From an uncultured delta proteobacterium (lineage in GTDB: Bacteria; Myxococcota; Kuafuiibacteriia; Kuafuiibacteriales; Kuafuiibacteriaceae), in the NCBI GenBank assembly GCA_963803435.1, contig CAWDML010000009.1, positions 992,001 through 1,056,000 of the forward strand: a stretch of 64,000 nucleotides of DNA. Direction: 5' to 3'. The notes beneath the pieces were generated by a model. The model was not told the DNA's origin. It searched no databases and saw only the letters and a program-made list of their open reading frames with translations. Within the stretch, counting starts at the first letter, position 1. Each line of letters starts with the position of its first letter. This document shows positions 1 to 9,814 of this stretch, piece after piece. The translations under genes and the position numbers were made by a program.

Positions 1-32
1 GTGAAATGGACGTGCAATGATGATGAGTACCG

Positions 33-1520
33 GTGAGCGCGCCCGAGACCACCACGATCGTTCTGAGTGATCTTCACCTCACCGATGCTGAAGCGATCGA
101 CCCGCGCCGTCCGCTCTGGAAGCGATTCAAGAGCGCCGATCTATTCATCGACGGCAGCTTCGCTCGCTTCGTCGAGCAGCTCACGGAAGAGGCGGACGGA
201 CCCATCGAGCTGATCTTCGCCGGCGACACCTTCGACTTCGACGCCGTCGTTGCGCTCCCCGAGTCGCCCGACTTTCCCATCAGCTGGCTCGAGGTCCACC
301 GCGGGCTCGAAGCCTCCGAGGAGAAGTCGCTCTTCAAGATGGAGGTCATCCTGAAGACCCACGAGGTCTGGGCGAGCGCGCTGCGCCGATTCCTCGACGC
401 GGGTCACCGGGCGGTCTTCATCATCGGCAATCACGACATCGAGCTGCACTGGGCCTCCGTGAAGCGACTCCTGCGGGAGGCGCTCGGCCGCTCGGAGAGC
501 GATGCTTCCGTCGAGTTCTGCGAGTGGTTCTACATCAGCAACGGCGACACGCTGATCGAGCACGGGAACCAGTACGACGCGTACTGCGTCTGCCCGGATC
601 CGGTCTGGCCGTTCATCGAGCGCAAGGGGACGCTGTTCGTGCGGATGCCGTTCGGCAACCTGGCCAGCCGTATCATGCTCAACGGCATGGGGCTGTTCAA
701 CCCGAACGTCGACGCCAGCTTCATCATGTCGACGCGCGAGTACCTGTCCTTCTTCTTCCGCTACGTGGCGCGCGTTCAGCCCTTCCTCCTCTTCACCTGG
801 CTGTGGAGCGCGCTCGCCACCATGCTGGTCTCGCTGCGCGAAGGCATCCTCCCCGCCAAGCGCGATCCGCTGCGGCTCGAGGAGCGCGTCGCCGACATCG
901 CCCGCCGCGCCAACGCCACGCCCCGGGTGGTGCGGGCGATGAAGACGCTCCACACCCACTCCGCGATCTTCAACCCGTGGAAGATCCTTCGCGAGCTCTG
1001 GCTGGACCGCGCGCTCCTGTTCCTCGCGCTGCTCTGGGCCAGCGTGCAGATCTTCGCGTTCCTCAACGTGTTCGTGTCGCTCAGCCTGTGGTGGGTGCTG
1101 CTCCCGCTCCTGGTCCTGATGCCTCCGTTCATCTTCTACGCGCGCTCGGTGCACTCGGACATCGGCAAGGCCGAGCGACACGCGCTCGAGGTGGCGGGCA
1201 CGCTCTGCAGCGTCGCCGGCGTCGACCGGATGATCTTCGGGCACACGCACAACGCGCTGCAGCGCAAGGAGAACGGCGTCGAGGTGATCAACACCGGCTC
1301 CTGGTCGCCGGCCTTCCACGACGTCCAGTGCACGAAGCCGTACGGTGCCAAGCGCTTCGCCTGCGTGCGTCCGGACGGGGAGGGCGGCCGCTCTGCGCAC
1401 CTGCTCGAGTGGAACGACACGGAGCCCCTCCCGGCGCTCCTCGCCAATCGGAAGCGCCGGCGCGCGAAGGCCGCCCCAATCCGCGCGCCCGGGATCGCCA
1501 TCCGCGCGCGATCCAAGTGA
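33..1520 (+). CDS. Calcineurin-like metallophosphoesterase with internal transmembrane segments
   Basis: Motifs SDLHL, GDTFD, GNHD, EHG, FGHTH and NTGSW; hydrophobic stretches at about aa 250-270 and 325-370. Confidence 0.85.
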   Translation: MSAPETTTIVLSDLHLTDAEAIDPRRPLWKRFKSADLFIDGSFARFVEQLTEEADGPIELIFAGDTFDFDAVVALPESPDFPISWLEVHRGLEASEEKSLFKMEVILKTHEVWASALRRFLDAGHRAVFIIGNHDIELHWASVKRLLREALGRSESDASVEFCEWFYISNGDTLIEHGNQYDAYCVCPDPVWPFIERKGTLFVRMPFGNLASRIMLNGMGLFNPNVDASFIMSTREYLSFFFRYVARVQPFLLFTWLWSALATMLVSLREGILPAKRDPLRLEERVADIARRANATPRVVRAMKTLHTHSAIFNPWKILRELWLDRALLFLALLWASVQIFAFLNVFVSLSLWWVLLPLLVLMPPFIFYARSVHSDIGKAERHALEVAGTLCSVAGVDRMIFGHTHNALQRKENGVEVINTGSWSPAFHDVQCTKPYGAKRFACVRPDGEGGRSAHLLEWNDTEPLPALLANRKRRRAKAAPIRAPGIAIRARSK

Positions 1521-1527
1521 TCCGAGC

Positions 1528-2295
1528 TCACTCGAACACGCGGACGAAGTCGCGTGGCGCGCGCCGCCGCCGCAGGCACCGCGTGGTCGCGCTCATGTAG
1601 CAGACCGAGAAGGCGCGGCGGGGATGGCCGGTCGCGTTCCGGCCCGAGCGATGCCACAGATAGTTGTGGACGAGGATCGCCTCGCCGGCGCGCGCCGGGA
1701 TCGAGAGGGCGCGCTCCACCGCGCGCGCCTCCTTCACGCGGTCCTCGGGGATCATGCCGCCCAGGGGCGTCGCCAGGCCGTCGCGGTGGCTGGCCGGCAC
1801 CAGCTCCAGGCAGCCGCCCTCGAGCGGCGTGTCGTCGAGCGCCGTCCAGATCTGCAGCTCTGGATCGCGATCGAGGCCCCAGAACTTGCCGCCGTCCTGA
1901 TGCCACGGCAGGTACGTGCCTCCGGTGCTGGCCTTGTTGAAGAGCACGGCACGATAGATCGCGACCGGCCCCGCGATGAGGCGCCGCGCGATGGCTTCGA
2001 ACAGCGGATTCTCGATCCACGCGGAGAAGAGCGGGTCCCTCTCGAGCTTCTCGATCTTGCGGTAGTTCAGCGACGGTCCCTGATAGCCCTTGCCGAACTC
2101 GAGGTCGGCGTAGTCACCGGTGGCCGTGTCGTGCTGGAAGAACAGCCCTGGGTAGCTCACCGTCCCCAGCATGATCTCGTCGGCGCGGCTGGTGAGCGCC
2201 TCAATCGTCGGCTGGTCGGCGACCGGACCGAGCCGCGCGTAGCCCTCCCGCCGGAACTGCTCGAGGACGTCGTCGAGCCGCTCGTTCCCGCTCAC
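1528..2295 (-). CDS. Phytanoyl-CoA dioxygenase (PhyH) family Fe/2OG oxygenase
   Basis: WHQD (HxD), GCLELVPASH and distal HRSGRN..R motifs; GTG start overlaps the upstream TGA (GTGA). Confidence 0.85.
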   Translation of the reverse strand: MSGNERLDDVLEQFRREGYARLGPVADQPTIEALTSRADEIMLGTVSYPGLFFQHDTATGDYADLEFGKGYQGPSLNYRKIEKLERDPLFSAWIENPLFEAIARRLIAGPVAIYRAVLFNKASTGGTYLPWHQDGGKFWGLDRDPELQIWTALDDTPLEGGCLELVPASHRDGLATPLGGMIPEDRVKEARAVERALSIPARAGEAILVHNYLWHRSGRNATGHPRRAFSVCYMSATTRCLRRRRAPRDFVRVFE

Positions 2296-3335
2296 GGCGT
2301 CTCGAGCTCCTCGTAGTCGACACCGACCCCGTCGTCCGCGGACTCCAGCCCGCCGACCGGATGCCCGATCTCCACCTCGGCGCCGAAGACCCCGGCCAGC
2401 TCGGCGTGCCCGCGCGTGATCTCGAGGCGCCGGAGGGCCCCGAACCGGCGCGCCTCCCGGCCCAGCGCCTCGATCTCCTTGGCGCCGGTGGGATCGATCC
2501 GAAGGCGCTCGAGCCGCTGCGCCCGCCCGCTCTCGAAGAGGCTGCCAATCACCTCGACGCTCCTCGGCGCGGTGGAGATCGAAAAGGAGGTGAGGGCGGG
2601 GACAGCCTCGAGGAGCTCGGTCAGCGATCCGTCGATCGACGCCATCAACGCCAGCGACTCGAGGCTGCGCCAGTCCACCGCGCGGAACGAGGCGACCGGG
2701 ATCGCGCTGGTGAAGAGCATCATGAATCGGACGCCCCAGGCCTTCACACCCCCGAAGCTGATGCGCTGGCAGGCGACGCTGAGCGTCTCGACGTTCGGGA
2801 GCGCGTCCGACAAGAGCTTCACCGAGACCCGACCCGCGCCCAGACCGGAGACGTACAGGTGGCGGACGCTGGCGCGCTCGCTGGAGCAGACGGCGCTCAA
2901 CACGGTGCGCTCCAGGTCGTGCGTCTGCTCGTCGATGAGGCCGTCCGACCCGACCACCACGCTCAGCCGATGGATCAGCGCCATCGCCGGAGCGTCCAGA
3001 GCGGTCCGCACCACTCGCCGTGCGAGCTGGGTCGGGAGGTCGTGGGCAATCTGCAAGCTGGCCTGCCGAACGAACCCGAGGTGCCAGCGCACACCGGTCA
3101 GGTAAGGCGCTACCTCCGCCAGCGGTCCGACCAGGGCCTCCTTGTGGGTCCGGAAGAAGTCGCGCGCGGCCGCCCTCGCCTCGGGGTCGCTCTGCGTCTG
3201 GGCCCGATGCTCGAGCACGATCAACTCGCCCCGAGGATCCTCCGCCTGCTGCAGATAGTCGGCGAGCACCAGGTACGCATCGTCCTCGTCCGGTCGCTCG
3301 ACGAGCATGCGCCGCAGGGCCTCGAAGCGCGCCAT
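2292..3335 (-). CDS. TIGR02996-domain protein with LRR-like C-terminus
   Basis: N-terminal PDEDDAYLVLADYLQQAEDPRGELI signature, then WHLGFV and LxxLxL repeats. Confidence 0.85.
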   Translation of the reverse strand: MARFEALRRMLVERPDEDDAYLVLADYLQQAEDPRGELIVLEHRAQTQSDPEARAAARDFFRTHKEALVGPLAEVAPYLTGVRWHLGFVRQASLQIAHDLPTQLARRVVRTALDAPAMALIHRLSVVVGSDGLIDEQTHDLERTVLSAVCSSERASVRHLYVSGLGAGRVSVKLLSDALPNVETLSVACQRISFGGVKAWGVRFMMLFTSAIPVASFRAVDWRSLESLALMASIDGSLTELLEAVPALTSFSISTAPRSVEVIGSLFESGRAQRLERLRIDPTGAKEIEALGREARRFGALRRLEITRGHAELAGVFGAEVEIGHPVGGLESADDGVGVDYEELETP

Positions 3336-3379
3336 CTCCCCCCGACGATGTCACAACCGGGCCGCCCCTTCACCCCGCT

Positions 3380-4308
3380 TCAGCGCCCCTTCCGCGCACG
3401 CCGTACCCCCGGCTCCCGCGCGCAAAGCTCGACCATCCGCTCCATCAACCAGCGGGTGGCCGGACCCTGGTCGAGGTCGGGACGATGGACCAGCGCCAGC
3501 GAGAGCTGCCACTCGTCGTCGCTCCAGGCCGTCGGGCGGATCCGGACCAGGCGGCCGGCGGCCGAATCCGCTTTCACCATGTGCTCCGGCAGATTTCCCC
3601 AGCCGAGCCCGCCCAGGAGGAGCGCCCGCTTGGTCCACAGGTCGGCCACCCGCCAGGTCTGGTGCGAGAGCACGCCCTGGTCCGGTGTCCCCGCCTCCTC
3701 GCCCCGCTCGCTGAGCACGATGTTGATCTCCTCGGCCATGACCCGGTTGGAGATGCGGCCGCGGGCGCGGCTCAACCGGTGGCCGCGGGCCACCACCGGG
3801 ATCATGCGGACCACCGCGATGTGCCGGCGTTCGAGCCCGTGACTCTCGGCGGCGGGACCACCACCCCAATCTGGCAGGTGCCGCTGGCGACCAGCGCGGA
3901 GACCGCGGAGAGCGTCTCGGTGTGCACGCGGAGCGGGACGGTCGGATACTTCTCCGCGAACTCCCGCGCCACCTCGACGATGGCGCGGACCGGGAAGATC
4001 GCGTCCACCGCAATCGCGATGCTGGCCTCGAGCCCGCCGGTGAGGCCCCGCGCCACCCCCTTCATCAGATCGACGTCGGCCACGATGCGGCGGGCGGCGT
4101 TGAGGAGCACGGCCCCTTCGGGGGTCAGCTTCGGGATCCGCGTGCTTCGGTCCCAGATCCGGACCTCGAGCAGGCTCTCGAGATTGCTCATCGCATGGCT
4201 CACCGCCGACTGGACGCGCTGGAGCTTGCGCCCGGCGGCAGAGAAGCTGCCCTCGTCCGCCACGGCGACGAACGTGCGGAGCTGATCGAGCGTGATCGCG
4301 TCGAGCAT
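3380..4308 (-). CDS. LysR family regulator (frameshift near 3830, probably sequencing error)
   Basis: N-terminal LysR HTH (LDQLRTFVAVADEGSFSAAGRKL..VQSAVS); the substrate-binding domain continues in ORF 3380-3814. Confidence 0.85.
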
Positions 4309-4309
4309 C

Positions 4310-5020
4310 TCAGGCCAAATCGAAGATCAGGACTTCGGCCGGCCCGCCCGGATCCTGCCCGGTGAGGCCGAAGGCGGTCTGATCGCTGATCGCCGCACCG
4401 TCGCCGGCCTCCAGCCGGTGACCGTCGAGTTCGACGCTCCCGCGCGCCACCTGGACCCACGCGTGCCGGCCGCGCGCGAGCTCGACCGGGACCTTGGCCC
4501 CGTCGTCGAGGAGTCCCGCGAGGAGCCGGACATCCTGATGCACCGTGATGGATCCGTCGCGCCCGTCCGGCGAGGCCACCAGCAGGAGCTGATCCGTGCG
4601 CGCCTCCGCCGAAAACGCCTTCTGCTCGTAGCTCGGCGTCAACCCTGCCTGCGCGGGGAGGATCCAAATCTGGAGGAAGTGCACCAGGTCCGTCTTCGAG
4701 GCGTTGTGCTCGCTGTGGTGGACGCCCGTCCCTGCGGTCATGCGCTGGACCTCGCCGGGTCGGATCACCGATCCGGTCCCCATGCTGTCCTTGTGCTCGA
4801 GCGCGCCCTCGAGGACGTAGGAGATGATCTCCATGTTCTGGTGCCCGTGCATGCCGAAGCCGCGGCTCGGCTGCACGCGGTCCTCGTTGATCACGCGCAG
4901 CGCCCGGAAGCCCATGTGGGCAGGGTCGTGGTAACCGGCGAACGAGAAGGTGTGAAACGAGCGAAGCCACCCGTGGTCCGCGAAGCCGCGCTCGGATGCT
5001 CGTCTGAGCTGGATTGACAT
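4310..5020 (-). CDS. yhhW: Pirin family protein (YhhW-like)
   Basis: HGWLRSFHTFSF, GFGMHGHQNMEI, QRMTAGTGVHHSE, FLQIWI motifs. Confidence 0.92.
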   Translation of the reverse strand: MSIQLRRASERGFADHGWLRSFHTFSFAGYHDPAHMGFRALRVINEDRVQPSRGFGMHGHQNMEIISYVLEGALEHKDSMGTGSVIRPGEVQRMTAGTGVHHSEHNASKTDLVHFLQIWILPAQAGLTPSYEQKAFSAEARTDQLLLVASPDGRDGSITVHQDVRLLAGLLDDGAKVPVELARGRHAWVQVARGSVELDGHRLEAGDGAAISDQTAFGLTGQDPGGPAEVLIFDLA

Positions 5021-5076
5021 GCCCCGAGGCTAGGCCCGCCGGACCATCTCGAAAAGAGGCAATCACATCATACGAA

Positions 5077-5095
5077 CCATCGATAAGATAGATGG
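5077..5095. promoter_or_regulatory. Putative LysR box upstream of pirin-lysR
   Basis: CCATC-N9-GATGG inverted repeat containing T-N11-A, in an AT-rich patch about 60 bp upstream of pirin. Confidence 0.55.
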
Positions 5096-5096
5096 C

Positions 5097-5732
5097 TCAG
5101 AACCGCCCGGCGATCGAGAGGGACCAGCCGCCGTCGCCTCCCAGAGGCGCCACCGAGGCGCGGAAGCTGCGGATCCCGTCCTGGTAGTCGACGGCCCGCC
5201 GCTGATTGATGGTGTCGATGATGAAAACCGGGACGGCGACGGTGGAGATTCCGAGGCCGATGCCGGCCACCAGGTCGTGGTCCGTGACCCCGCCGATCGC
5301 CGCGATTGCGCCGCCGATCGCCACCAGGCCCAGCTCGGCGGCGCGATAGTAAACGAAGCGCGACGTGGTCCCGTGGATGTGCTCGAGCTCCTCCTCTTGG
5401 AACGCACCCGGATCGCGGGCGAGCGTCTCCTGGTAGTGGTCGAGCTCGGCGGCCGCCTGGAACGCATAAAAGACGGCGCCGATCAGCTCTGCTGATCCGA
5501 GCGTGAGGAGCGGCCATCCGAACCCGCGGGCAAGCTCCGAGCCTCGCGCGATCAGCAGGCTCCCGCCGACGATCGACGCGACGCTCAGCCCGGTGATCAC
5601 GTAGGCGGCGTTGGCCTCGCCGCCGTAGTAGCCGTCGATGAGCTGCGCCACCGGCTGCTCGGCGAACGCGGGCTCCGAGGTGCCGGCGACCGCGAGACCC
5701 AACACGGCGATCAACGTTCCGTGCGTCGACAT
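5097..5732 (-). CDS. Hypothetical exported/membrane protein with Gly-rich hydrophobic helices and terminal Phe
   Basis: Signal peptide (..PAFA), four hydrophobic helices, ends WSLSIAGRF. Confidence 0.65.
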   Translation of the reverse strand: MSTHGTLIAVLGLAVAGTSEPAFAEQPVAQLIDGYYGGEANAAYVITGLSVASIVGGSLLIARGSELARGFGWPLLTLGSAELIGAVFYAFQAAAELDHYQETLARDPGAFQEEELEHIHGTTSRFVYYRAAELGLVAIGGAIAAIGGVTDHDLVAGIGLGISTVAVPVFIIDTINQRRAVDYQDGIRSFRASVAPLGGDGGWSLSIAGRF

Positions 5733-5734
5733 GA

Positions 5735-6331
5735 TCAGCGCTCCTTCTTCGTCTTCTTCTTCGACTGCGGCTTGCCGAGGGGCACCAGCTCGGCCAGGGC
5801 CGAAAGGAGTGCGTCCGTGTCGGCCTCGCGCGGATGCCCCTCGAAGAGCAGGTGCTGGACACCGAGCCCGAGCAGGACCGCCTCGAGCAGCGCCGCGTGC
5901 GGATGTCTCTCGGGGAGGCCGAGCACCTGCTCCACTACGCTCCGCACCGCCAGCACGCCCTCGACCAGCTGCTTTCGCAGCGATCGATCCCCCTCGGACG
6001 CCACCAGCAGCCCCACCAGGATCCGCGTCCGGCGCCGGTTCTTGACCAGCCCGGCGGTCAGCTCGGCGAGCGCGCGCGGCACGTCCTCGGTCGGCGTCGA
6101 CGCGATCACCCGGGTCACGTCCTCGCCGACGGACAAGAGGTGATGGCGCGCCACCGCCGCAATCAGATCGGCGCGGTGGGGGAAGTAGTACGTGAGGTGG
6201 CTCTGCCGGACGCCGGCCTCCTTGGCGACCTGCGTCTGCGTCAGGCGTCCCAGGCCGTATCTCCCCAGCACCCGGAGCGCCGCCGCCAATAGTCGGTCGG
6301 GAATGGCCTCATCCTTCGCCTTGGTAGCCAT
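5735..6331 (-). CDS. TetR/AcrR family regulator
   Basis: N-terminal HTH LTQTQVAKEAGVRQSHLTYYFPHRADL. Confidence 0.85.
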   Translation of the reverse strand: MATKAKDEAIPDRLLAAALRVLGRYGLGRLTQTQVAKEAGVRQSHLTYYFPHRADLIAAVARHHLLSVGEDVTRVIASTPTEDVPRALAELTAGLVKNRRRTRILVGLLVASEGDRSLRKQLVEGVLAVRSVVEQVLGLPERHPHAALLEAVLLGLGVQHLLFEGHPREADTDALLSALAELVPLGKPQSKKKTKKER

Positions 6332-6373
6332 ACCAATGAGCCTTGGTAGGACTACCAAGGAGGTCTCAGGTCG

Positions 6374-7253
6374 TCAAGCCGGCGCTCGCCCGAGCTCGCG
6401 CTGCGCCAACGCGCGGAGCAGCACCGCCACCTTATCGTCCTCGAGCAGCGCGCGCCGCCGGATCGAATAGAGAGGAAGCGCACGCGTGGGGATCGAGCGG
6501 ATCGCGACCAGGCCCTCCCGCGAAGCCGCGATCACGTCGGGGAGGACACTGAGCACCTGGCCCCCGAGGATCGCCTCGATGCGAAGAGCCAGCGAAGCGG
6601 TCATCACCACGGTCCGGCCCAGCTCGACCGGCCAGCCGTCGTCCTCGCCCTCGGGTCCCGCGAACGCGTGCGCGCACAGCGCGTCGATCGGGAGCTCGGA
6701 CTGGGCCGCCAGCGGATGTTCGGCGGCGCAGTAGACCGAAGTGGAGAGCGAGCTGAGCAGCGACAGCTCGAGAATCGTCGTGCTCGACCGGGTCGAACGA
6801 CAGCGCCAGGTCGATCCGCCCGCGAAGGAGGTCGTGGACGATCTCGGGCGCGTTGGCGTCGCGGAAGCAGGGGAGGAGATCGGGGTGTGCTGCAGAGAGC
6901 TCGCGGAGGAGCGGGAGCACGAGGACGGCGGCGATCGGTGTGCTGGCGCCGATGTAGATCGGACCGACCATCTGCTGCTCGGCGATCGCCGCCAGCACGT
7001 CGTCGACGAGCCGCATCGCATCGCGCACGCCGGAGAGGAGCTTTTGTCCCGCTGCGTTGAGCACCAGGGCGCGGCCGACGCGGCTGAACAGCGGCCGGCC
7101 GACGTCGGCCTCGAGCAGATGGATCGTGCGGGAGAGCGCGGACGGGCTGACGAACAGCAGCTTGGACGCGGTGGGCAGGTGCTGCGTCTCGGCAACCGCT
7201 CGGAATCCTGGGAGAAAGTTCCAAAGCGTGGTGAGTCGTCGAACCCGCTCCAT
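6374..7253 (-). CDS. LysR family regulator (frameshift near 6770)
   Basis: HTH FRAVAETQHLPTASKLLFVSPSALSRTIHLLE..G.PLF.R; the C-terminal domain is in the adjacent frame. Confidence 0.8.
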
Positions 7254-7331
7254 GGGCGGATCATACGACCTGTTCTCCGGCCCGAGGCGGATCGCATTGT
7301 TTCGGGCGCGGGCGCGGCGTATCAGGCGGGC

Positions 7332-7553
7332 ATGGCGGACACCCGGAAGATGACCTGCAAGCCGAACGGCCCGTACCTGATCCAGGGCCCCCTCGAGATC
7401 GTGGATCCGACCGGAGCGGTCCTCACGGTCGAGGCCGGGACGACCGCGGCGCTGTGCCGCTGCGGCGGCTCCACCAACAAGCCCTTCTGCGACGGGACGC
7501 ACTCGAAGATCGGGTTTCAGGCAGCGGAGGCGGCGGTGGCGAAGGAGGGTTAG
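7332..7553 (+). CDS. CDGSH iron-sulfur domain protein
   Basis: NGPYLIQG and LCRCGGSTNKPFCDGTH motifs. Confidence 0.92.
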   Translation: MADTRKMTCKPNGPYLIQGPLEIVDPTGAVLTVEAGTTAALCRCGGSTNKPFCDGTHSKIGFQAAEAAVAKEG

Positions 7554-7627
7554 CGGATCGCCATCGGTCGTTCGGGCGATGAGGTCGCGGTGGAGCACCC
7601 GAACACACACGTGGTAGCGCAGTCCGC

Positions 7628-9814
7628 GTGAAAAACGGGGCGCTCCCCTCTTGCTCCCTCGCGGCGCTGGTCGCAGCGGCGCTTCTCTCGGCCCCGACCA
7701 CGGTCGCTGCGGCCGAGTTCGACACGCACACCGGTGAGGTGCGGCTCGACGGGTCGGCGGTCTCGTTCGGCTTCGAGCGCGGCCAGCCGACCTCGGCCCT
7801 CGGGCTGTTCGATCGCCGCGGCAACGCGGTGGCGCCCGAGGCGCTCGACGCCGCGCTCGTCGACACGGCAATCGAGGGCGGCACCGGGCTCGCCGTAGGC
7901 AACGCCGCGTTCCTGGCGCGGGTGGATCTGACCCTGCTCGGCGCGACGGACCGTCTTCACGGCCGGCGCGTCGAGATCAAGTACTGGAGCCGGGCGGCCG
8001 GCAGCCGGGTGGTGGCGCACGTCATCTGGACGGCCGACGGCCAGAACGCCCTCGCAGAGCTCCCCTTTCAGCTGAGCGGTCGGGCGACCGATGACGGGTG
8101 GGTGGAGTGGACGAGCGGCCCGTTCGACTATTCGATGGGCGGTCTGGTCAATCCGAGCTCGCTCCTCTTCTACTCGAATCAAGGTGGGTTCGGCGGCGGC
8201 GGCGGCATGTCTACGGTCGCTGCGCCGTTCGGCGTGATCGACGCGCTCTCCCTCGACGACCTGGGCGCGGCCGCGGTCCCCAGCGCGCGCTGCAACCTCG
8301 CCACCGAGGCGTCGACCTGCGGCACGGCCGGTGCGTGCTATCTCGGGCGCTGCACCGACGCCTCCGTCGCCCTGGGGCCGATGTTCCAGAACCCGTCCCT
8401 GCGCGCGGACTACCTGGCGCGGCGCACCTACGAGTACAACCACCTGGAGGGCGGCCGCGTCCCCGAGGGCCGGGCGGCCGAGCTCGAGAGCCGTCTGGGC
8501 GCGCTCGCCGACGAGACCTCGGTGATCCGGTATCGGACCCAGTACTGGCAGGCGCTCCAAATCCTGGAGGACGGGCACGCGAGCCCTCCCATCTCCCGCG
8601 ACGGGGGGTCTCGCGCCACCGGGATCTGCGTTCACCTCGGCGTCGCCGATCTACTCCCGGGCGCCGCCACCACGCCGCTGGTCTTCGCGGTCTCCAACAC
8701 CAGCTCCATCGCGGCGCGGGTCCGACCTGGCGATGCTTTGGTGGCGATCGACGGGATGCCCGTCGACGAGTGGGCGCAGGCGGCCGGACGCTACGTCGCG
8801 TTCTATGGCGATCAGCGGGCGCGGGCGGTGGACTCGGCGCCCGATCTGATGGTCGCGGCGGCTGCGGTCGGATCGGTGGTCTCGTTCGACCGGCCGACCT
8901 GTCGGACCGCCACCACCACGCCGGTCGCGGCGTGCGCACCCTCGGAGATCGAGCGGATCGACATCGATCTGGGCGAGGCCGAGGCGGGCGCCTGGAGCGG
9001 GCCGCTGCCGCCCTGGCTCGACGATCCGATCTTCTGCGACTACCGCTTCCATCGCGCGTTCCCCGGGCCCGACGGCACCGCATACGAGTTCGCGGGCAGC
9101 GTCGATCGGGATGGTGTGCGGACGCTCCAGATCAACGGTGTCCCCAGCGCCGCGGGTCAGGCTGGACAGGCGTGGTCGGACGCGATCGACGCCGCCTTCA
9201 CCAGCGCGCCGCCGCGGCTGATCCTCGATCAGCGCACCGGCTTCGGCGGCGGCATCGACGCCGTCGATCATCTGGCCGGATACATGGTTGGACCCCCGGA
9301 CTTCGATCGGATGGAGCTCTGCCCGCGCACGGCCCAGCCCGTGGACGAGCCGCTGCTCGGCTCGCTCTCCAGCTGCCAGGCCGGAGGCGCGCTCGGGTTG
9401 AGCTTCAACGGCTGCGGCGAGTACATCGAGTGGGTCCTCGGTTCGGGACGGCAGAACGCCGTCGCTCGCACCAGCAGCGTCGCGGTTCTCGTCGGCTATG
9501 ACGTCTCGGGGAATGACTTCCTCACCAAGCTCTTGACCTACCGGAAGGCCGGGGGTCTCCGGATCTTCGGCGGCGCACCCACCGCCGGCGCCTTCGGCGT
9601 GATCTGGTCGCTGCCGGCCGTCAGCCACGAGCTGTCGGGCGGCTCGCTGCAGGTTCAGGACTCCATCTTCCGCGACAGCCGCGGCGACCAGAACCTCGAC
9701 TTCCAGACGGCCCACGGGGTGCCGCCCGACGAGGTCGTTCTCCAGCTCCAGAGCGACGCCCTTCGCGACGTGGACACCGTCTACGAAGCCGCGCTGTCCT
9801 GGCTGAAAAGGTGA
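7628..9814 (+). CDS. Secreted S41-family peptidase with PDZ domain
   Basis: Signal peptide; PDZ-like PGDALVAIDG; S41 motifs LILDQRTGFGGG, SGND, PTAGA, GVPPD. Confidence 0.7.
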   Translation: MKNGALPSCSLAALVAAALLSAPTTVAAAEFDTHTGEVRLDGSAVSFGFERGQPTSALGLFDRRGNAVAPEALDAALVDTAIEGGTGLAVGNAAFLARVDLTLLGATDRLHGRRVEIKYWSRAAGSRVVAHVIWTADGQNALAELPFQLSGRATDDGWVEWTSGPFDYSMGGLVNPSSLLFYSNQGGFGGGGGMSTVAAPFGVIDALSLDDLGAAAVPSARCNLATEASTCGTAGACYLGRCTDASVALGPMFQNPSLRADYLARRTYEYNHLEGGRVPEGRAAELESRLGALADETSVIRYRTQYWQALQILEDGHASPPISRDGGSRATGICVHLGVADLLPGAATTPLVFAVSNTSSIAARVRPGDALVAIDGMPVDEWAQAAGRYVAFYGDQRARAVDSAPDLMVAAAAVGSVVSFDRPTCRTATTTPVAACAPSEIERIDIDLGEAEAGAWSGPLPPWLDDPIFCDYRFHRAFPGPDGTAYEFAGSVDRDGVRTLQINGVPSAAGQAGQAWSDAIDAAFTSAPPRLILDQRTGFGGGIDAVDHLAGYMVGPPDFDRMELCPRTAQPVDEPLLGSLSSCQAGGALGLSFNGCGEYIEWVLGSGRQNAVARTSSVAVLVGYDVSGNDFLTKLLTYRKAGGLRIFGGAPTAGAFGVIWSLPAVSHELSGGSLQVQDSIFRDSRGDQNLDFQTAHGVPPDEVVLQLQSDALRDVDTVYEAALSWLKR

